Assembly (NCBI GenBank): GCA_040751925.1
Contig: JBFMFT010000163.1
Span: 1-10,330 of the forward strand
DNA from: Chloroflexota bacterium
GTDB lineage: Bacteria > Chloroflexota > Anaerolineae > Promineifilales > Promineifilaceae
Direction of reading: 5' to 3'
Length of the DNA stretch: 10,330 nt
A model generated the notes under the pieces. It was given only the letters and a program-made list of their open reading frames with translations, searched no databases and was not told where the DNA came from. Shown one piece after another: positions 7,234-10,330 of this stretch. Numbering within the stretch: position 1 is the stretch's first letter; each line of letters opens with the position of its first letter. Made by a program: the position numbers and the translations under genes.

Positions 7234-7324
7234 GGGCTTGATACCCTATTTACCAGAAGAGAAACCGTAGCCGATGGCTGTCGCCGAATTATCGGGAGCG
7301 AATTGAACGGAGAGTGAGTACGTT

Positions 7325-8098
7325 ATGGATACGCTGCGTAAACCCCTCTTCATTGTGGCAGTTGTGTTGGCTGCTCTGGTAGTGTTATTAGAACTGGGCG
7401 CGTTGGGAGTATTGGAGGGTGCGCCGGTGTCGCTGCTGGAAGTGCAGGGTCTCCTACCTGACGGCGAAGTGAAGGACGCTTTCGAGGATTTGGATGATGA
7501 CCAGCGCAATGAGTTGAGCAGCCTGGCTGGAAAGGATAAGCCACCGGGCCTGGGTATTCCCTACCTGGCCTTATTGGACGGCCTCGTTCTCTTTGCCGTC
7601 GCCCTGGTCGGAGCCAGCCTGATCATTCCGGAGAGCGTTCACGGCAAAACCCAGGGGGTGGCGACGCTCATTTTCTCGATTGTCATCATTCTGGCGGCCG
7701 TCGCCATGATCCTGGCCGCGCTGGCGGCCGTGATCGCCATGCTCTCTCTCTTGCTGGCCGTACCCTTCGGCACGATTACTTACCTGGCCCTGTTCGGCTT
7801 CTTCAATCGCGGTGGGGCCAGCGTTGCCCTGAGCTTGCTGATGCTCCTGAAGCTAGGCTTTGCCGCCAGCCTGGTGTTGGCCCAACCGCGCTTTCTGCAG
7901 AACAAGGGCCTGGTGTTGTTGGTTCTAACGGCCGTCCTGGGCAACGTCATCATCAGCTTCCTGCACGGCTTTGTGCCTGGCTTCCTGGTCAGCATCACCG
8001 ATGCGGTGGCGGCCATCATCGTCGGCATCCTGGCCGCTCTGTGGGCCATCTTCTTCCTGATTGGCTCCCTCGGCTCCGTCGTCAAAGCTGTTAGTTGA
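7325..8098 (+). CDS. Polytopic integral membrane protein of unknown function (6-7 predicted TM helices)
   Basis: The 257-aa product has a continuous run of hydrophobic helices (FIVAVVLAALVVLL, LVLFAVALVGASLII, LIFSIVIILAAVAMILAALAAVIAMLSLLLAV, LVLLVLTAVLGNVIISFL, AIIVGILAALWAIFFLIG). An acidic loop (DAFEDLDDDQRNE) follows the first helix. A GAG-rich SD is upstream. The gene ends immediately at the hairpin. Confidence 0.6.
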   Translation: MDTLRKPLFIVAVVLAALVVLLELGALGVLEGAPVSLLEVQGLLPDGEVKDAFEDLDDDQRNELSSLAGKDKPPGLGIPYLALLDGLVLFAVALVGASLIIPESVHGKTQGVATLIFSIVIILAAVAMILAALAAVIAMLSLLLAVPFGTITYLALFGFFNRGGASVALSLLMLLKLGFAASLVLAQPRFLQNKGLVLLVLTAVLGNVIISFLHGFVPGFLVSITDAVAAIIVGILAALWAIFFLIGSLGSVVKAVS

Positions 8099-8146
8099 CA
8101 GGATTTACAGGATTAACAGGCTGAAACCAAATCCTGTAAATCCTGT
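8098..8146. terminator. Bidirectional terminator-like hairpin between convergent gene blocks
   Basis: A perfect 17-bp inverted repeat, ACAGGATTTACAGGATT (8098..8114) against AATCCTGTAAATCCTGT (8130..8146), flanks a 15-nt loop. It is AT-rich in a GC-rich genome and sits exactly between the stop of the + gene (TGA 8096..8098) and the stop of the - gene (8165). Confidence 0.5.
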
Positions 8147-8164
8147 AAATCTTGTCTAAAATGC

Positions 8165-8656
8165 TTACTGGGCCTCGATGACGCAGGCGGGGGTGGCCCC
8201 GCTGTTGAGGCAGGCCACCAGCAACGTTCCCCCTTCCTGGAAAACCTGGATTTCGGCCTGCCTGTCACCGCCTTGCAGGGTGTGACGGATGGTGAAGCTG
8301 CTGTCGCTACCGGCCGCCGGCTGCAAGACGGCGACGGCCGTCACTCCCTGCCGCAAGTCCAGGGAGAGGGCGCGCCGGGCGGCCGAGGAGTCACCAATGA
8401 CCAGCGTACACACCACGCCAGTTGGTATCTGAAAGACCCCTTGCTGCAACTGCTGCCGGCAAGCCGAGGGCGAGGCGGCGTCTACGTCATCGGTTGTCAA
8501 CCGCTGTTCCCGCACCAACAAGCTCCCCAATGTCTCGGCAAAATCGGGGTTGAGATCGGCCGCCTGACCATCGTCCTGACCAGCCCCGGCCCCAATCCCT
8601 ACCACGAATAAGACGGCCAGGATGACTAGCAAGGCCACCAAAACTTTAGTGTTCAC
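8165..8656 (-). CDS. Secreted or membrane-anchored protein of unknown function with 4 cysteines
   Basis: The 163-aa product has an N-terminal hydrophobic anchor or signal (KVLVALLVILAVLFVVGIGAG). A soluble domain follows, with Cys pairs (SACRQQ...VVCTL and VACLNSGATPAC) suggesting extracytoplasmic disulfides. The competing + strand ORF 8273..8611 is Arg/Gly-rich and protein-unlike. The start is a GTG with weak SD context. Confidence 0.55.
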   Translation of the reverse strand: MNTKVLVALLVILAVLFVVGIGAGAGQDDGQAADLNPDFAETLGSLLVREQRLTTDDVDAASPSACRQQLQQGVFQIPTGVVCTLVIGDSSAARRALSLDLRQGVTAVAVLQPAAGSDSSFTIRHTLQGGDRQAEIQVFQEGGTLLVACLNSGATPACVIEAQ

Positions 8657-8673
8657 CCTTACTACTTCGGGGC

Positions 8674-8706
8674 AAACATCCGACGTTTCGGAAACGTCGG
8701 ATGTTT
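8674..8706. promoter_or_regulatory. Perfect 33-nt palindrome (16-bp arms, 1-nt centre) in the intercistronic gap between two minus-strand genes
   Basis: AAACATCCGACGTTTC (8674..8689), then G (8690), then GAAACGTCGGATGTTT (8691..8706). The right arm is the exact reverse complement of the left. It lies 4 nt after the stop of the 8711..8995 gene and 17 nt before the start of the 8165..8656 gene. Confidence 0.45.
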
Positions 8707-8710
8707 ATCG

Positions 8711-8995
8711 CTACTTGACGAAAATGGTGATGAGGGCCGCCACGACAAAGAGGACGGCAATAATCGCCCAGGTCCCCGACGGCACCTCCTTGAACTTCGC
8801 GCCGATTTGCTTCTTGAACGGATTGCCGGTGGGTGAGCCTTTTGCTCCACTAAACCAGGCCAGGACAACGCTGATCAGCCCCCACACGCCAAAGGCAATC
8901 GCTCCCGCGCTAGAGTTGATGATACCCAGAACAATCGCCAGCACGCTGGCCGCTAGTCCAAACAGAAAACCCAACAAATTTACGAGCATGTCCAT
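8711..8995 (-). CDS. Small 3-TM membrane protein of unknown function (94 aa)
   Basis: AAGGAG lies 6 nt upstream of the ATG. Three hydrophobic helices are present (LVNLLGFLFGLAASVLAIVLGII, AIAFGVWGLISVVLAWF, WAIIAVLFVVAALITIFV). A basic loop (FKKQIGAKFKEVP) separates them. The gene sits 15 bp downstream of the PASTA gene stop, so it is probably co-transcribed. Confidence 0.65.
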   Translation of the reverse strand: MDMLVNLLGFLFGLAASVLAIVLGIINSSAGAIAFGVWGLISVVLAWFSGAKGSPTGNPFKKQIGAKFKEVPSGTWAIIAVLFVVAALITIFVK

Positions 8996-9010
8996 CTTAA
9001 ACTCCTTGAA

Positions 9011-10270
9011 CTATGGTGAAGGTGTTGCAAAGATAAACGGCATAAACGGGGCGATTTCTTGCGGGTTGACGAAGATGGCTGTGGCAAAGAAGCGGAATTG
9101 TCGCTCCAAAATATAAGAGCTGCTAAATTGCACCTGCCCATTGAGCTTGATCCGATCCAACACGCTCAAGTTAGCCCCATCGGGTGTGACGCTGATCGTC
9201 ATGTCGTGAACCAGGCCTGGCTCTGTTTCCATGAGGACATTGAGGGGATCGCCAGCGTAGGTCAACTGGCCCTCGCCCCACTGGCACTCGCCGTCGGGGT
9301 TAAAAATGGTCACGCAGGATTGGCTGGCTAAACCGCCGCTGGCGCGGATGGTGCGGAAACGGCCGCTCGCCGTCAGGGAGATAGTCGTGCCAGAACTGCT
9401 GATGACCAGGCGGGTCAAGCCAGCGTTGGTGTTATCGTCGTTAAGCCAGGTGCCAGTGTATTTACTAATGGCCTGCTGGATGAGGGCCTCGGCCGTCGCC
9501 ACCGCCGCCGCCGTGCCGGTAGCCGATACTGAGGTCGCGGTCGCATCGGCCGCCACCTGTGTTTGGGTTGCCCGAGCTTCGGCCGTCAGGGCAAAGTTGG
9601 GCGTAGGCGTCGCGGTAACAGTAGGCACGGCCGTGCCAATGGAGAGAAAAAGGTCAACCCGCGCATCCTGCTCCACCTCACTGCCGGCCGCCGGATCGGT
9701 GCGGGCCACGCGGCCGACTTCTTCCAGGCTGTGTTCATCCCGAATGCGGCCGGCGTTCAACCCAGCCTCGGCCAGTTGCGTAATCGCCTCCTCCTCCGTA
9801 AACCCGGCCACGTCGGGAACGGTCGTCGTACCCGGCCCGCTAATCAGGATAATAATGACGGCAACGAGAGCCAGGACGCCCGCCGCCACAGCGATAATCC
9901 ACCAGGGGAACTTCTTCTTTTCCGGCGGCGGGGGGACAGTGAAGGTCACGCTGGGGCCTTCGCTGAACTCTTCGTCCGGGTTGTCCACCCCCACCACGTC
10001 CAGGCGAAACAGGTAGCGGCCGGCGGCCGTCTCTTGGGGGACGGCAACCTGGACGACAAATTGCTGGGTACCGGCCAGAGTGAAGTCCCGTTCGGCTTCG
10101 CCGACCAGGGTCAACCAGCCGGCCGTCGTCCCTTCCAGGGGGACGATGCGCGCCCGGCCGCGCAGGGGACGGCCGCTGACGTTGGACACGGTAAAGGCGA
10201 TTTCGCTGCGCCGGCCGGTGTCCAGGGCGACCGCGCTGGTGGCGGCGGTAATGGCAAATGGGTTAGGCAT
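9011..10270 (-). CDS. PASTA-domain single-pass membrane protein with no kinase or transpeptidase domain
   Basis: The PASTA domain is clear: TTVPDVAGFTEEEAITQLAEAGLNAGRIRDEHSLEEVGRVARTDPAAGSEVEQDARVDLFLSIG. It follows a TM helix (WWIIAVAAGVLALVAVIIILI). An N-terminal ~115-aa beta-rich domain precedes the TM. A Thr/Ala-rich low-complexity linker follows the PASTA domain. A C-terminal ~170-aa domain carries a Cys pair (CVTIFNPDGEC). GGAAAGGAAG lies 5 nt upstream of the ATG. Confidence 0.8.
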   Translation of the reverse strand: MPNPFAITAATSAVALDTGRRSEIAFTVSNVSGRPLRGRARIVPLEGTTAGWLTLVGEAERDFTLAGTQQFVVQVAVPQETAAGRYLFRLDVVGVDNPDEEFSEGPSVTFTVPPPPEKKKFPWWIIAVAAGVLALVAVIIILISGPGTTTVPDVAGFTEEEAITQLAEAGLNAGRIRDEHSLEEVGRVARTDPAAGSEVEQDARVDLFLSIGTAVPTVTATPTPNFALTAEARATQTQVAADATATSVSATGTAAAVATAEALIQQAISKYTGTWLNDDNTNAGLTRLVISSSGTTISLTASGRFRTIRASGGLASQSCVTIFNPDGECQWGEGQLTYAGDPLNVLMETEPGLVHDMTISVTPDGANLSVLDRIKLNGQVQFSSSYILERQFRFFATAIFVNPQEIAPFMPFIFATPSP

Positions 10271-10288
10271 CTCGTCTTCCTTTCCAGG

Positions 10289-10322
10289 CCCCCCCCCAGC
10301 CCCCCCCCCGCCAGGGGGGGGG
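10289..10322. repeat. Clustered homopolymer tracts (C9, C10, G9) 20-55 nt upstream of the PASTA gene start, at the window edge
   Basis: Read directly from the sequence: C9 at 10289..10297, AG, C10 at 10300..10309, GCCA, then G9 at 10314..10322. On the minus (sense) strand this reads C9-TGGC-G10-CT-G9 immediately 5' of the RBS. Confidence 0.6.
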
Positions 10323-10330
10323 CGCCACCC

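Noticed and set aside
7246-7544. Minus-strand ORFs (7246..7509, 7350..7544) overlapping the start of the polytopic membrane protein gene
   Set aside because: The plus-strand ORF encodes a regular succession of TM helices with an RBS. The minus-strand products are Ser/Thr/Pro-rich low-complexity sequences.
8273-8611. 112-aa plus-strand ORF overlapping the secreted-protein gene
   Set aside because: Its composition is Gly/Arg-rich. The minus-strand product has a clear N-terminal hydrophobic anchor and paired cysteines.
8622-9116. 164-aa plus-strand ORF spanning the small membrane protein gene and the end of the PASTA gene
   Set aside because: It is Thr/Ser/Ala-rich low-complexity sequence with no RBS. 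The minus-strand 94-aa gene has a textbook AAGGAG SD and three TM helices.
9306-10016. 236-aa plus-strand ORF inside the PASTA gene
   Set aside because: It is Ala/Ser/Thr/Arg-rich antisense translation of the Thr/Ala-rich linker region. The minus-strand gene contains an unambiguous PASTA domain.
1-10330. CRISPR arrays, tRNA/rRNA genes, IS elements and integrase/transposase genes
   Set aside because: I looked for regularly spaced direct repeats, tRNA-like cloverleaf-sized GC-balanced segments and transposase or integrase motifs on both strands and found none. The only repeats are the short structured elements reported above.

Overview
This is a 10.3 kb high-GC accessory-type region. A '+' strand gene block (1..8098) converges on a '-' strand block (10270..8165) at an AT-rich inverted-repeat hairpin (8098..8146). 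A PASTA domain and several N-terminal membrane anchors suggest a monoderm host. Several proteins recall cyanobacterial or Chloroflexi homologues, but that is recollection only. The plus block carries, in order, the 3' end of a brnT-like toxin gene overlapping an intact brnA antitoxin, then a large flotillin-like SPFH membrane protein. A HigB-type toxin reduced to about 31 codons runs directly into an intact HigA-like HTH antitoxin, which is followed 15 bp later by a LOG/SLOG-fold (TIGR00725-like) gene. Next come two overlapping AhpD/carboxymuconolactone-decarboxylase-like genes and a membrane-anchored di-haem cytochrome c peroxidase fused to a right-handed parallel beta-helix domain. These two are separated by a structured repeat element that contains a canonical G-quadruplex motif. 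The block ends with a small conserved hypothetical gene and a polytopic membrane protein. The minus block encodes a PASTA-domain membrane protein with a non-kinase, non-PBP architecture, a small 3-TM protein, a perfect 33-nt intercistronic palindrome, and a secreted 4-Cys protein. Upstream of the PASTA gene, at the window edge, lie C9/C10/G9 homopolymer tracts. The best candidates for undescribed biology are the orphan HigA plus LOG/SLOG pair, the PASTA envelope module with its homopolymer tracts, and the peroxidase/beta-helix fusion. All functional assignments rest on motif recognition by eye; no database searches were run.
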